Notes: generated from the letters alone by a model not told the origin. A DNA stretch of 64,000 nt from Longimicrobiales bacterium (GCA_965249725.1 CBDFMQ010000002.1:320001-384000); one strand, 5' to 3'. Positions 10,852 to 21,550 are shown, numbered from the stretch's first letter. Numbers and translations: made by a program.

Positions 10852-10984
10852 GGTTTACTTAGGGCACGATGGGTCGTGCCTGCCTGCCCGGGGAGCCTCC
10901 GCATGCCCTCGCGTGTAAATAGAGTCGTGGAAGCGGGCCATCGAGCCCCTGTTTGAACCGTCGGGGAAGGGGGATGCCAGAGCA

Positions 10985-11554
10985 ATGGGTTGTCTGGCCC
11001 TGAACGCGTCATACGAGCCGCTCACCATCATTCCGGCTCGCCGCGCCATTCGGTTGGTGCTCGATCGCAAAGCCGAGATCCTCGAGACGGACGAGGAGCG
11101 CGCCTTCCGGTCGCCGCGGAGGGACTTGCCGTTCCCGACCGTCATTCGGCTGGTTCGCTACGTCCATGTGCCGAGGCGATTCCGCCGGCAGGTCACCAAC
11201 ACCTTCCTGTTCGCGCGCGACAACTACCAATGTGGGTACTGCGGACGGCACCGCGGACAGCTCAAGGGTCGACAGTTCCTGACGCGGGACCACATCCTCC
11301 CCATCTCCCGCGGCGGGGACAACTCATGGAAGAACGTGGTGACGTCGTGTTCCCCGTGTAACAACCGAAAAGGGAATCGCGTGCCCCGAGAGGCGGGCAT
11401 GGCGCTCCTGGTTGAGCCTACCGAGCCGAACTATGTGCGCCTGGTTTGGACGGTCCGTCGCGTGACGGAGGCGCAGGCCAAGTACATTCGGATGTTCTAT
11501 GGGGAGGACGCGCTCTCGACGCTCAAGGCGGGGCGCATAAGAAGGAACGACTAG
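10985..11554 (+). CDS. Stand-alone HNH endonuclease (McrA-like, HNH_5 type)
   Basis: LALNASYEPL N-terminus, RDNYQCGYCG, TRDHILPISRGG, NVVTSCSPCNNRKGN. Confidence 0.93.
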   Translation: MGCLALNASYEPLTIIPARRAIRLVLDRKAEILETDEERAFRSPRRDLPFPTVIRLVRYVHVPRRFRRQVTNTFLFARDNYQCGYCGRHRGQLKGRQFLTRDHILPISRGGDNSWKNVVTSCSPCNNRKGNRVPREAGMALLVEPTEPNYVRLVWTVRRVTEAQAKYIRMFYGEDALSTLKAGRIRRND

Positions 11555-11564
11555 ACTCGAACCG

Positions 11565-12041
11565 CTAGTCGTCCAGCCAGGCGTACGGTCGTTCGTAGAA
11601 CTGGCCTGATCCGCGCACCGTTCCGGCCTCGGTGTGCTCTTTCCAGCGGATGATCCAGCCTCGATTCTCGTCCTGAATGACCTCGAAGGAAAACCCGGGA
11701 AGCTCCTGACGTTCCGCGAGGAATCGCGCCAGGGGCGCCGGCAGGTTGGGCACCCCTTCGACTTCGGCGTGCTGATGGTCCGCCATGATCTCCTCGCGGA
11801 CCTTCGACTCACTCAGTTTGAGCGCCCGAATCGCTTCCTCAACGGCTCCGGCGACATCGGAGAGACCCTCGTCCGGGGACGTCCCGGTGCGCCGCCGAAT
11901 CGCCCGGATGATCGCCCCCGTGCCCGGGGCGGCGAGATCGTCTCGGATCTGCTGAAGCTGACGGAGGAGCCGGGCGTGAAGGTGCAACAGCTGGCCGTAC
12001 TCTCTCTTCGCTTCACCAGTCTTCAGGGTGCCTCCGGTCAT
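11565..12041 (-). CDS. Hypothetical protein
   Basis: Globular-looking ORF from ATG 12041 (MTGGTLK...); the longer ORF-track N-terminus overlaps the next gene. Confidence 0.65.
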   Translation of the reverse strand: MTGGTLKTGEAKREYGQLLHLHARLLRQLQQIRDDLAAPGTGAIIRAIRRRTGTSPDEGLSDVAGAVEEAIRALKLSESKVREEIMADHQHAEVEGVPNLPAPLARFLAERQELPGFSFEVIQDENRGWIIRWKEHTEAGTVRGSGQFYERPYAWLDD

Positions 12042-12183
12042 GCGCTCGTCTTTGGATGGGGAGGTCGTGGCTTCTTGAACCAAGTAAGATGACCACAAAT
12101 CAGGACATAAGTCGAGAGTTTCATACTTGGGCATACAAGGGAGGGATTGGCGCCCCCATGCGGGCCGGGCCATTTTCAGGACC

Positions 12184-12786
12184 ATGAACGATAGCGATGA
12201 ACGTGACGACCAAGGCCGGCGCGCGAAGCCCACTCCCATAAGGGAGGTGGTCGGAGAGACGCCCCCGAGCCCTCCGCAGCGCACCGACGAAGCCCCCGCC
12301 ACGGCTCCGCCGGAGCAGGGTGCGCCCGGGATGCGTGGTCAGCGAGAACGCCCGAAGGGGCGGCGTGACAAGGGCGTGCCTCGGGAGAGAGGTGCGCCTC
12401 ACGGGAAGAGCAGGGATCGGGGGGCGGGGCGGCGGCCGCCGCCCGCCCGCGACGCTATCAACGGGCCGGGCTCGGAACCAACGTCGGTCGAGGCCCTCCC
12501 CTCCTGCGAGTTCACGACGGAGGGAGTGGAGTGGATCGCCCGGCTCTCCGGCCGGAGCGCGACGGGCTCGACCTCCGACCTGGGAGCTCAGCTGCTCCAT
12601 CTCACATTCTATCGAGCCAGTGATCCCCTGGTTGCGCTGCGGGAGGCGCTGATTCCCGGTGACTCCATCGACCATCTATTCGAGGTGGATCTGGAGGCGG
12701 TGCTCGCCTCGGCAAGGGAGGCGATTCCGCCTGGGCCGACGCCGGAGGCTCGTCCAACGCCCCGCGGCGGTAGGGGTCGCCGGTAG
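12184..12786 (+). CDS. Hypothetical protein with disordered Arg/Pro-rich N-terminus
   Basis: ATG 12184 preceded by AGGA; folded-looking C-terminal half (EWIARLSG...LLHLTFY). Confidence 0.55.
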   Translation: MNDSDERDDQGRRAKPTPIREVVGETPPSPPQRTDEAPATAPPEQGAPGMRGQRERPKGRRDKGVPRERGAPHGKSRDRGAGRRPPPARDAINGPGSEPTSVEALPSCEFTTEGVEWIARLSGRSATGSTSDLGAQLLHLTFYRASDPLVALREALIPGDSIDHLFEVDLEAVLASAREAIPPGPTPEARPTPRGGRGRR

Positions 12787-13015
12787 GGGCGACACCGATC
12801 CTCGCCCGAGTCCTCCTATCAGATCTCGATAAGGACGGAACCGATTCGGCGTCCGCAGTTAACAATCCTTCGCCTCGGGGACTCGCATAAAGAGGTCCGG
12901 TCGCGCGTCCACGGTTGGCGGCGGGACCGGGAGACCTGGTTTTGCACGGGACTCCCGTTTCCGAGAGATTCAGAAGATTCGATGATTCAACACCAGGGGC
13001 GGTATCGGTGTCTCC

Positions 13016-13606
13016 ATGGATGTAACCGAACAGGTACTAACCGGACAGGTACCAGACGCTGCATTGGTCCGCGAGGCGTGCGCCGGTGACGGCGCCGCCT
13101 TCGGAGCGCTCGTCGATCGGTACATGCGCGCCGCATATGCTGTGGCACTTTCGGTGACTGGGAGACATGAAGATGCCGAAGACGCCGCACAGGAGGCCTT
13201 CATGGTCGCCCTCGAGCGAATCGAGGAGTGCCGGAGCCCCGAACGGTTCGGGGGATGGCTCATGACCATTGTGAGGAATCGCGCGCGGAATCTGATTCGG
13301 CGCGAAGTCCTGCGCGGCACGGATGAAGTGCCCGCCGGAGCTTCGGCCAAGGGACCTACGCCTGAGATGGCTGCTGAGCAGATCGAACTGGAGGAGAGGC
13401 TCTCGAAGGCTCTCGGAGACCTGCCGGAGGTCCAGAGGGAGATCGTGTTGTTGCACGACCTCGAGGGGTGGAAGCATAGAGAGATTGCCGAGCGGTTGGA
13501 GATTCCGTCCGGCACGGTGCGCTCGCATCTCCACTTTGCGAGGAAGGCGCTTCAGAAGGACTTGAACCTGTCCGAACACAGAGCGGATACCAGGGAGAGA
13601 GCATGA
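13016..13606 (+). CDS. ECF RNA polymerase sigma factor
   Basis: AEDAAQEAF, FGGWLMTIVRN (region 2); EIAERLEIPSGTVRSHLHFARKAL (region 4). Confidence 0.95.
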   Translation: MDVTEQVLTGQVPDAALVREACAGDGAAFGALVDRYMRAAYAVALSVTGRHEDAEDAAQEAFMVALERIEECRSPERFGGWLMTIVRNRARNLIRREVLRGTDEVPAGASAKGPTPEMAAEQIELEERLSKALGDLPEVQREIVLLHDLEGWKHREIAERLEIPSGTVRSHLHFARKALQKDLNLSEHRADTRERA

Positions 13607-14019
13607 CGAGTAACGGTCGAAGGAGCGCTTTGGGCCTTCACGACGACGAGGGATCCCGAGACCCCGGGTACGACTTGGGCTATCTCGATCCCGGCAAGCG
13701 AGACCCCGGCTACTGGGCCCGATTCCGAGTCCGCGTGATGACGAGGGCGGCCGGTGAGCTCGCCAGGCGTCGCGACATGGCGGACATCACGGTGCTGGAG
13801 GTGGCGCAGTCGTGGGCCAGGTTCCTGGTGCCGGCCGCAGCGGTGGCAGCGGCAGTCGGGGCGGTATTGCTGTCCCAGGGCCGGGCCACCGGACCACTGG
13901 CCGTGGCGGGCCCCGAAGAAGTGCTCACGCAGGAGCTCGAGGATCGAACGCTGCCGGACTTCATGGCGCTAGAGGAAGCCGATGACGGCGCGTTCCTCTT
14001 GGCGGGAGGGACATACTGA
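13603..14019 (+). CDS. Putative single-TM anti-sigma factor
   Basis: ATGA-coupled to the ECF gene; one TM segment (LVPAAAVAAAVGAVLL). Confidence 0.6.
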   Translation: MTSNGRRSALGLHDDEGSRDPGYDLGYLDPGKRDPGYWARFRVRVMTRAAGELARRRDMADITVLEVAQSWARFLVPAAAVAAAVGAVLLSQGRATGPLAVAGPEEVLTQELEDRTLPDFMALEEADDGAFLLAGGTY

Positions 14020-14438
14020 TGCCCATCAAGCGGATGTTACGGGCCAAGGTGGTGGTCGGGACCGCGCTCGCGCTGCTCTTCGGGAGCGGCGTCGTGGTCG
14101 GGCTCGCCTGGGACCAGACGGCAAGCGCCAGCACTCCGGAGGAGGCGCGCACGGAAGAGCCGAGCAGGGATCGCGACCGCAATCGCGGGAGGGTCGTGGA
14201 CGGGGTCGGCCTCAGCGCGACGCAGGATGCATTGGTGGACTCGCTCGCTGCCTACCATGGCAAGCGGATGCGCAGTCTCGATGCTGAATTCCGGCCTCGC
14301 TATCGGGCCGTTATCGTGGACCTCCGGGAAGAGGTAAAAGGCCTCCTCACCGACGAGCAGCGGTCGATGTACGAAGTGCTGTTGGAAGAGCACGATGCGA
14401 AGCGGCACTCACGCCGCTCGAGGAACTCGAAGCAGTAA
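14019..14438 (+). CDS. Periplasmic Spy/CpxP/CnrX-like helical protein
   Basis: N-terminal TM/signal; LSATQ and LLTDEQ (LTxxQ-like) motifs. Confidence 0.6.
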   Translation: MPIKRMLRAKVVVGTALALLFGSGVVVGLAWDQTASASTPEEARTEEPSRDRDRNRGRVVDGVGLSATQDALVDSLAAYHGKRMRSLDAEFRPRYRAVIVDLREEVKGLLTDEQRSMYEVLLEEHDAKRHSRRSRNSKQ

Positions 14439-14443
14439 TCCCA

Positions 14444-15754
14444 ATGACTATCCGCCTCATACTTACGCTCGGCGCCCTGATGGCCCTGAGCACGCCGGGG
14501 AGTGCGCAGGAGCGACCTCTCCTCGATCCGGGAGCGACCCGGATTACTCTGGATAACGCGATCGACCTGGCCCTGGTCCTGAGCCCGTTGCTGGCTCAGT
14601 CCGAGCAGTCGGTCATCAACGCCGGGGAATCGAAGAGGACCGCTGTGGGGGCCTTCATGCCGACGCTCTCGACCAGCTCGGGAATGTCGGTGCGGAGCGC
14701 GGAGCGATTCGACGCTGCGACCGATAGGCTCGTGTCGGGGAGTTCCAACTCCTACAACGCAGGCCTGAGCGCACGCTACGACCTCTTCCGAGGTGGTCAA
14801 CGGTTCTCGGACCTCAGTGGTGCGAAGGCCGATCTGAGGGCTGCCGAGGCACGCCGCCAGGATCAGCGGTTCGGGGTGATTCTCCAGACCAAGAACCTGT
14901 TCTTCCAGGCGCTTCGTCAGGAAGAGCTGCTCGAGGTGGCTCGCCGCCGGATCGAACAGGCGAACCAAAGCCTCGAGATGACTCGGACGCAGGTGCTCGT
15001 CGGCGCGGGCACCATGTCGGACACTCTGAGGGCGCGGCTGGAGTTCATCAACGCCCAACAGGCGGTACTCAACGCCGAGGTAGCGACCCGGGCCGCCCGT
15101 TTCGGTTTGGGTCGACAGATCGGCGAGGCCGCGCCGGTGATTCCGGTGACTCCCGGCGACCTGTCCCCCCGTCCTTTGCCGATGGTCGAATCCGAGGCAC
15201 TGACGATTGCCGAGTCACTGGCCCCGTCGGTGCTGGCCGCCGAGGCGGCGACGTCGGCGGCTCAACAGGCCTACTCATCGTCCAAGAGCGTCTATATCCC
15301 CACGGTCAGCCTGAGTAGTGGCTACAGCTGGGCGAACCAGGAGGCGTCGTTCGACGGAGGAAGCACGAGTTGGAACCTGAATTTCAATCTCAGCTACCCC
15401 CTCTTTAACGGATTCAACAGGGAGGCGAGCGTCGTTCGGGCTGAGTATTCGACGCGTCTGGCGCGTATCCAAGAGGACGACGCCCGGCTGGGTTCGAAAC
15501 AGGCCACCGACGCGGCGCTGAGAGCTCTGGAGACGGCGGAGCGGGCGATCGCGATCGCCCAGGAAGCAGTCGCGGTGGCCGACGAAGACCTGAGGGTCAC
15601 GCGGGCGCGGTACGAGGCGGACGTGGCGATCATCTTGGATGTCATTACGAGCCAAGTCGCGTCTGATCAGGCAAGGGTGGATCTCGTGAACGCGCGCTAC
15701 GACTACGTGCTGGCACGCGCTGAACTCGAGGCGATACTGGGGAGGGAGCTGTGA
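14444..15754 (+). CDS. TolC family outer-membrane efflux protein
   Basis: Signal peptide, [11 protein letters not shown], two OEP repeats (PTLS/PTVSL, YDLF/YPLFNG), [12 protein letters not shown]. Confidence 0.92.
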   Translation: MTIRLILTLGALMALSTPGSAQERPLLDPGATRITLDNAIDLALVLSPLLAQSEQSVINAGESKRTAVGAFMPTLSTSSGMSVRSAERFDAATDRLVSGSSNSYNAGLSARYDLFRGGQRFSDLSGAKADLRAAEARRQDQRFGVILQTKNLFFQALRQEELLEVARRRIEQANQSLEMTRTQVLVGAGTMSDTLRARLEFINAQQAVLNAEVATRAARFGLGRQIGEAAPVIPVTPGDLSPRPLPMVESEALTIAESLAPSVLAAEAATSAAQQAYSSSKSVYIPTVSLSSGYSWANQEASFDGGSTSWNLNFNLSYPLFNGFNREASVVRAEYSTRLARIQEDDARLGSKQATDAALRALETAERAIAIAQEAVAVADEDLRVTRARYEADVAIILDVITSQVASDQARVDLVNARYDYVLARAELEAILGREL

Positions 15755-16458
15755 GCGATCTGATCATTCAGACGAAGGGACTCACGAAGCACTACGTGCT
15801 GGGCGCCGAGACAGTGCGCGCCTTGAGGGGGGTAGATCTGGACATCCACCCGGGCGAGTTGGTGGCGATTATGGGACCCTCGGGCAGCGGCAAATCGACG
15901 TTCATGAACCTCATCGGATGTCTCGATACCCCCACCGAGGGCGCCTACTGGCTCAACGGAGTTCAGGTCAGCGATCTCTCCGACGACGAGCTCGCGCGCA
16001 TTCGCAACCGAGAGATCGGATTCGTTTTCCAGACCTTCAACCTGCTGCCGCGGGCCACGGCACTTCACAACGTGGAGCTTCCGCTCATCTACGCCGGAGT
16101 CGGAGCGAAGGAGCGTAGGCAACGAGCCGAAGCAAAACTCGAACTCGTGGGCCTGTCGGATCGCATGGATCACCGTCCGCCGGAGCTGTCGGGTGGCCAG
16201 AGACAGAGGGTGGCTGTGGCACGAGCGCTCGTGAACAACCCGGCGCTTCTGTTGGCGGATGAGCCGACTGGGAACCTCGACTCGGTGACCAGCGAGGAGA
16301 TCATGGCCGTGTTGGTGGAATTGAACAGAGAGGGTCAGACGATCATCATCGTCACGCACGAACACGACATCGCAGAATACACAAAGCGGCAAGTCCACCT
16401 GCACGATGGCGTCATCGCCAAGGACTTCCTGCATGAGCCGACAGGGATACACGTATGA
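15751..16458 (+). CDS. MacB/LolD-type ABC transporter ATP-binding protein
   Basis: [38 protein letters not shown]. Confidence 0.95.
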   Translation: MSDLIIQTKGLTKHYVLGAETVRALRGVDLDIHPGELVAIMGPSGSGKSTFMNLIGCLDTPTEGAYWLNGVQVSDLSDDELARIRNREIGFVFQTFNLLPRATALHNVELPLIYAGVGAKERRQRAEAKLELVGLSDRMDHRPPELSGGQRQRVAVARALVNNPALLLADEPTGNLDSVTSEEIMAVLVELNREGQTIIIVTHEHDIAEYTKRQVHLHDGVIAKDFLHEPTGIHV

Positions 16459-17948
16459 CCGTCAATAGGAATCTGAGACCTTGGGTGCTGCTGCCGTGCC
16501 TTTTGTTGGCCGCGGGGTGTGGCGGGACGACCGAGGCCGATGAGGCTCCGACCGTCCAAAGCGCCGTGGTCGAGCGTGGCGACCTCAGGATTACCGCCGA
16601 GGCGACCGGCAACGTGGAGCCGGTCCGCAAAGTCGAGGTGAAATCCAAGGCGTCCGGCGAGATCCTACGCCTTCACGTCGACATCGGTGACGAGGTCCAA
16701 CCCGGAGCCCTACTTGCGGAGGTGGATCCCCGCGACGTCCGGAACGCATCGGACCAGGCCGAAGCCGACCTCGAGGTTGCTCAGGCCCGGCTCGACATCG
16801 CTCAGGCTCAGCTGACGCGCTCGGAGGGTCTGCTTGCCTCCGGCGTCATCTCGGTCCAGGAGCACGAGAGCAAGAACCTGGAGTACGCGAACTCCGTGGC
16901 GAATTTCGTGAAGGCCACGACCAACCATGAACTCGCGCAGCTCCGTCTCCAGGACGTGACGATACGGGCGCCCATGGCCGGAACCATCCTCGAGAAGAAC
17001 GTCGAGGAGGGTCAGGTCATCCAATCGGCTTCACAGAACGTGTCTGGCGGCACCGTGCTCTTGGTCATGGCGAATCTGGCCGAGATGCAGGTACGAACCC
17101 TCGTCGACGAGACGGACATGGGTGAGATCCGCGACGGCATGCACACGACCGTCACGGTGGAGGCCTACCCGGACCGTCCCTTCGTTGGAGAGGTCGAGAA
17201 GATCGAGCCCCAAGCCGTGGTCCAGCAGAACGTAACCATGTTTCCGGTCATCGTACGGCTCGACAACAGGTCTGGGCTCCTCAAGCCGGGGATGAACGCC
17301 GAGGTCGAGGTCGAGGTCGCTCAGGCGCCCTCGGTCCTGCTCATCCCGAACGCGGCGGTCGTCACCCCACAAGAGGCCGTCCCCGCGGGCATGGTCCTGG
17401 GCCTTGCTGAGGACGCGATCGACATGCGGAGTCTGTTTGCCGGCATGGGTGGTGGACGGGGCACAGGTGGTGGGCAGGGGAGGCCGGGCGCGAGAGCCGG
17501 AGGTGGAGGTCAGGCCGCATTCGACTCCATCCGAGCTCGGGTAGCCCGGGGAGAAATCTCCCAGGATTCGGCGAGAGCGATCATCCAGCGACAACGGGCG
17601 GGTTCGGGACAGGCCGACTCCGGCTCCGCCGGACGGGTTGTCGGCGCTGGGCGTCTGCCCGGAGATCCGACCCAGGCCGGCTCTGCGACAGCGGTGGAAT
17701 CCCGGCGTGCCGTCGTCTTCGTGATGGCCCAGGACGGGACGATCGAGCCCCGGGCCGTGATGATCGGGCTGAACGACTGGGACTTCACCCAGGTGGTGAG
17801 CGGAGTCGAAGAGGGCGAGCTGGTTGCGCTGATCGGTGCGGCCCAGCTCAGGGCGACGCAGGATGCGTTCCTCGAGCGGATTCGTTCCAGGTCCTCGCCG
17901 TTCGGCGGCGGCAGACCGGGTAGCGGCGGCGGTCGCGGGCCCCGGTAG
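16455..17948 (+). CDS. MacA-type periplasmic adaptor lipoprotein
   Basis: Lipobox [38 protein letters not shown]; Gly/Arg-rich insert. Confidence 0.92.
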   Translation: MTVNRNLRPWVLLPCLLLAAGCGGTTEADEAPTVQSAVVERGDLRITAEATGNVEPVRKVEVKSKASGEILRLHVDIGDEVQPGALLAEVDPRDVRNASDQAEADLEVAQARLDIAQAQLTRSEGLLASGVISVQEHESKNLEYANSVANFVKATTNHELAQLRLQDVTIRAPMAGTILEKNVEEGQVIQSASQNVSGGTVLLVMANLAEMQVRTLVDETDMGEIRDGMHTTVTVEAYPDRPFVGEVEKIEPQAVVQQNVTMFPVIVRLDNRSGLLKPGMNAEVEVEVAQAPSVLLIPNAAVVTPQEAVPAGMVLGLAEDAIDMRSLFAGMGGGRGTGGGQGRPGARAGGGGQAAFDSIRARVARGEISQDSARAIIQRQRAGSGQADSGSAGRVVGAGRLPGDPTQAGSATAVESRRAVVFVMAQDGTIEPRAVMIGLNDWDFTQVVSGVEEGELVALIGAAQLRATQDAFLERIRSRSSPFGGGRPGSGGGRGPR

Positions 17949-17952
17949 AGCC

Positions 17953-19167
17953 ATGCTTATCCGAGAGATCATCTGGGTAGCGCTTGCCGCGGTCCGTGCG
18001 AACGCGCTGCGATCCTTTCTGACCACGCTGGGCATCATCATCGGCGTATCCGCCGTGATCGCTATGGTCGCGTTGGGTGAGGGCGCGCAGCGCCGCGTCG
18101 AGGATCAGATATCCAGAATGGGCACCAACGTGCTGACCATCAGTGCGGGGCAGCGGTACTTCGGAGGCGTCTCGACAGGTGATACGGAAGACCTCACCGT
18201 GGACGACGCCGAGGCGCTCCGGGACGAGAGCGGGGGGCTGCTGAGCATCTCCCCCATGATCAGTTCCCGAGTTCAGGTCGCTTATCTCCGTTGGAACTCG
18301 AACAACCAAGTCCGGGGGGTTTGGCCCGAGTACTTCGGTATGTACAACATGCATGTCGAACACGGTGAAGTGTTCAATCAGGGCCATGTTCAGGGCCGAC
18401 GCCGCGTGGCCATCTTGGGCTTCGCCGTTCCCGAATCATTGGGAACTCCGGCGTCCGTCCTCGTGGGCCAGACGATTCAGATACGCGGCCAGCCGTTCGA
18501 GGTTCTCGGGGTCATGGAAGAAAAGGGTGACGCCGGCTTCTTCCGCCCGGACGAGGAGGTGTTCATCCCCACCTCGACGGCTCAGTTCCGGGTGTTCGGC
18601 GGGCGCAATCGGCTCTCGTCGATCTACGCTCAAGTGCCCTCGACGGACGCGATGGACCGAGCCTTCGCCGAGATCGACCGCATCCTGCGTCGAGAGCACA
18701 AGGTCAAACCCGGTGAGAACACCGACTTCTCGATCAGGAATTCGAGCGATCTGGTGGCTACGTTCAACGAGACCACACAGACGTTCACGATGCTTCTCGC
18801 GGGCATCGCCGCCATCAGCCTCATCGTAGGCGGCATCGGCATCATGAACATCATGCTCGTCAGTGTGACCGAGCGGACACGCGAGATCGGCGTCCGGAAG
18901 GCACTCGGGGCCACCAGGAGGGCGATCCTCTTCCAGTTCCTCATCGAGGCCCTGGTACTGTGCGTCATGGGAGGGATTATGGGGGTGCTGGTGGGAGTGG
19001 GCGGGGCAGAGGCCCTGACGCGCTACGCCGACTGGGAGACCGTCGTCGCCGGAGAGTCCATCGCCATAGCTCTCGCATTCTCGGCCGGCATCGGGCTGTT
19101 CTTCGGGATCTGGCCCGCCCAGCGGGCGGCGAAACTCGATCCGATCGACGCCCTGCGCTACGAGTAA
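17953..19167 (+). CDS. MacB-type ABC transporter permease
   Basis: RSFLTTLGIIIGV, VGGIGIMNIMLVSVTERTREIGVRKALGA, LDPIDALRYE. Confidence 0.95.
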   Translation: MLIREIIWVALAAVRANALRSFLTTLGIIIGVSAVIAMVALGEGAQRRVEDQISRMGTNVLTISAGQRYFGGVSTGDTEDLTVDDAEALRDESGGLLSISPMISSRVQVAYLRWNSNNQVRGVWPEYFGMYNMHVEHGEVFNQGHVQGRRRVAILGFAVPESLGTPASVLVGQTIQIRGQPFEVLGVMEEKGDAGFFRPDEEVFIPTSTAQFRVFGGRNRLSSIYAQVPSTDAMDRAFAEIDRILRREHKVKPGENTDFSIRNSSDLVATFNETTQTFTMLLAGIAAISLIVGGIGIMNIMLVSVTERTREIGVRKALGATRRAILFQFLIEALVLCVMGGIMGVLVGVGGAEALTRYADWETVVAGESIAIALAFSAGIGLFFGIWPAQRAAKLDPIDALRYE

Positions 19168-19180
19168 AAGCGCGTCGCAG

Positions 19181-19335
19181 GGGGTGGAGGTCTCGGCTCT
19201 ACTTGGTGGTCGGAGCTAGGCGTTGGCACTGCGCCGGAACCCCGCTTCGCTACCACCGCTTCGCGGCGGACGAGTTCCAGCGCAGCGCCGACGCCTAGCT
19301 CCCCGATCATTTTGGGGCCGAGGGACTCCAACCCC
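19181..19335 (+). repeat. ~155-nt imperfect rod-like inverted repeat (structured RNA or REP/MITE-like element)
   Basis: Nested stems 19181-89/19326-35, 19191-201/19313-23, 19205-11/19305-11, 19212-27/19287-302, 19229-34/19280-85 and 19236-40/19274-78. Confidence 0.75.
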
Positions 19336-19400
19336 GGCGGACTTGTGGGGGGCTTGTTCAAGTAGGTAGCTGAGCGGCCCGCTAACGTCCTCCCCGCCGG

Positions 19401-20879
19401 TTACCGCGCCAGCGTCACCAGGAGTGGTTGGCCTTTGCGGATCAGCGACAGGATGGCGCTGCGTTCCCGGGCATAGGCTTCTTTGAGCGCGAGGCGGAAG
19501 GCTACCAGGCTCTCTACGTCGGTTTTCGCGACCCGGATGACCACGTCGCCTGGGATCAGGCCTGCTTCGAAGGCCGGCGTGTCTCTCAGTACGTCGATGA
19601 CCAGCACACCTCGGTCGGTCCCGAAGTACTCCGAGAGGCGAGGGTTCAGATCACTGAACTGTGCGCCTCCTACGAAGTTGCGACCGACCAGGCCTGCCGT
19701 GACAGGCCGGATCTGGACCACCCGAGTGGGCTCAGTGGCGGTGGTTCTGCGCTGTTGTTCCCGCTCTAGCCTCTCGAGGGAACCGACTTCGGCGAGCCTG
19801 GCCGCCGCCTGTGAGAGTTCCTCGGAAACGCGGTTGTTGTCGAACCTCAACCGATTGAGTCGGACATCCGTCTGACCGAGTTCTCGCGCTTGCTGCGTGA
19901 GGATCTCCACGATCTCCAGTTCCCTGATTCGTGTGGCCTCATGCAGTGTGTTCAACTCGATCCTCAGTCGGATGACCGTCGTCTTCAAGGAGTCGGCTTC
20001 CTGAGACGAGAGTAGGAGATACTCGAAGGGGAGTGCCGACTCCGCACTCATCACGACCGAGTAGCGACCGCCTGCTGCCACATTGGGAGTCAGTGGCATC
20101 GGCTCGGAACTCGACCAACCTCGCACCGAATCGCCTCCGAAGCTCCAGAGGAACCCACTCGGCCCGAGTTGGACCGAGATTTCGCCTCGGGCGGGCGGTT
20201 CCGGCGGCAACGGGAAGGCCACATCGGGGGGTGGTTCACCGGATCGGGAACTGACGCCGAAGGCCACCGCATTCCTTCTCGCTTGGTCGAGAATGCGGTA
20301 GGACGCCTCCTCCATCGAGTCTCCCGAAATGAGCAGCCGCACATGGTCTCGGCTCGCCCAGACGTTCCGTCCCGAAGCCAATCTCGCCTCGAACGACTCC
20401 CGTATGACGTCCAGCCGCTCCGACACGTCGGAGGGCAGCGTGAAGTCTGGGCGCACTCCTGCGGTGAGTGACACCTCACGAAGGCGGTCGTCGCCGCCCA
20501 TCACCCCCAGGCGGACCTCCTCACCGATGCCCAGATTACTCGTGAGCTTCTCCCAGGCCGGAAGCGTGAGCGGGGCCTGGCCGATCCGTTGGATCACGTC
20601 GCCCGGGACTATGCCGGCCCTCGCGGCCGGGCTGCCGTCCACGGTGCGCACCACCTGAATGACCGTTTCGCCGGGGCGGACACCGTCGCCCGCTACGCTG
20701 ATGTTGATGCTGATGCCCATCCACCCCCGGTCGGTACGCTCCACCGCGACCGTCGGACGAATCCGCGCCTGGACGCTCTCGGGTGTCCTGACCTGGGCCA
20801 GAGCCATCGAGGGGCCGAGAGCGATCCCCGCCGAGACTACGATCCAGGCGAACAGGGTCGAGGTGCGAGCGTGTAGCAT
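19401..20879 (-). CDS. Secreted protein with two PDZ domains and central coiled coil
   Basis: Signal peptide (SMALAQ); GWMGI...GSPAARAGIVPGDVI and TPAFEAGLIPGDVV PDZ motifs; TGATG coupling to the upstream gene. Confidence 0.85.
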   Translation of the reverse strand: MLHARTSTLFAWIVVSAGIALGPSMALAQVRTPESVQARIRPTVAVERTDRGWMGISINISVAGDGVRPGETVIQVVRTVDGSPAARAGIVPGDVIQRIGQAPLTLPAWEKLTSNLGIGEEVRLGVMGGDDRLREVSLTAGVRPDFTLPSDVSERLDVIRESFEARLASGRNVWASRDHVRLLISGDSMEEASYRILDQARRNAVAFGVSSRSGEPPPDVAFPLPPEPPARGEISVQLGPSGFLWSFGGDSVRGWSSSEPMPLTPNVAAGGRYSVVMSAESALPFEYLLLSSQEADSLKTTVIRLRIELNTLHEATRIRELEIVEILTQQARELGQTDVRLNRLRFDNNRVSEELSQAAARLAEVGSLERLEREQQRRTTATEPTRVVQIRPVTAGLVGRNFVGGAQFSDLNPRLSEYFGTDRGVLVIDVLRDTPAFEAGLIPGDVVIRVAKTDVESLVAFRLALKEAYARERSAILSLIRKGQPLLVTLAR

Positions 20880-21550
20880 CAGAACCAGTTGTCTCCACCG
20901 CTCACGGAAATCTGCCGGAGCGTCTCCTGCCGCTCGGCGAGAACGTTGACCAAGAAGCCGTTGAAGACCGGATCGGCCGGCGCGAGGCGCAGAGCTTCCT
21001 GGCTTGCGGCCAGCAACCCTTCGAGCGCCGCGACGCGGCTCAACGGATCCTCGAATCGTGTCTCGCCGTCTCCCCCTGCCAACTGCCGGAAACGCACCAG
21101 CGCTTGCATGTAGGTTTGTTCGGCGAACTGAACGGCCTGGGCCGCCTCGTCCGCGGTCGAGATTTGGGATACCGGGACCATCATGTTCTCGAGTGATAGC
21201 GGATCGGCCGCTCCGTCGTGAGTGGTGACGGCGAGACCGAATCCCGTCCCGCCGAGGAAGAGCACGGCCGCCGCCGCCCCTTGCATCCACGCCGGAGCCG
21301 CTGCTAACCCGAAGCGGCGAAAGCTCTCCTCGGTGCGAATCAGACCCTCGCTGACCAGACGCGCCTCCAGCGACTCCCAATCACCCGGGGGCGGACGCAG
21401 CGCCGCGAGTTCGCCCAGGCTCTCGGACTGGAGTCGATACGCCCGCAGTTCCTCGGCACACCCCGTGCACGAGTGCAGGTGTTCCCGTTCGTTCGGGTTG
21501 GGACGCTCGTCGACGAGACGGGCCAGGGTGTCGCTTGTCAGATGCTCCAT
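20879..21550 (-). CDS. Zinc-binding (ZAS) anti-sigma factor
   Basis: HLHSCTGC matches HxxxCxxC; one TM segment (AAAAVLFLGGTGFGLAV); directly after an ECF gene. Confidence 0.85.
   Translation of the reverse strand: MEHLTSDTLARLVDERPNPNEREHLHSCTGCAEELRAYRLQSESLGELAALRPPPGDWESLEARLVSEGLIRTEESFRRFGLAAAPAWMQGAAAAVLFLGGTGFGLAVTTHDGAADPLSLENMMVPVSQISTADEAAQAVQFAEQTYMQALVRFRQLAGGDGETRFEDPLSRVAALEGLLAASQEALRLAPADPVFNGFLVNVLAERQETLRQISVSGGDNWF

Noticed and set aside
10732..11554. HNH gene as IscB/HEARO/Cas9-like RNA-guided nuclease
   Set aside because: No PLMP, RuvC or RRXRR region and no repeats or transposon ends; it fits the common small stand-alone HNH family.
13659..13713. Short repeat CGAGACCCCGG x2
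   Set aside because: Encodes RDPGY twice inside a CDS; only two copies, not CRISPR-like.
19181..19335. Hairpin as 6S RNA, SRP RNA, attC or retron msr-msd
   Set aside because: No central bubble, no SRP domain-IV motif, no proper RYYYAAC/GTTRRRY ends, and no integrase or reverse transcriptase nearby.
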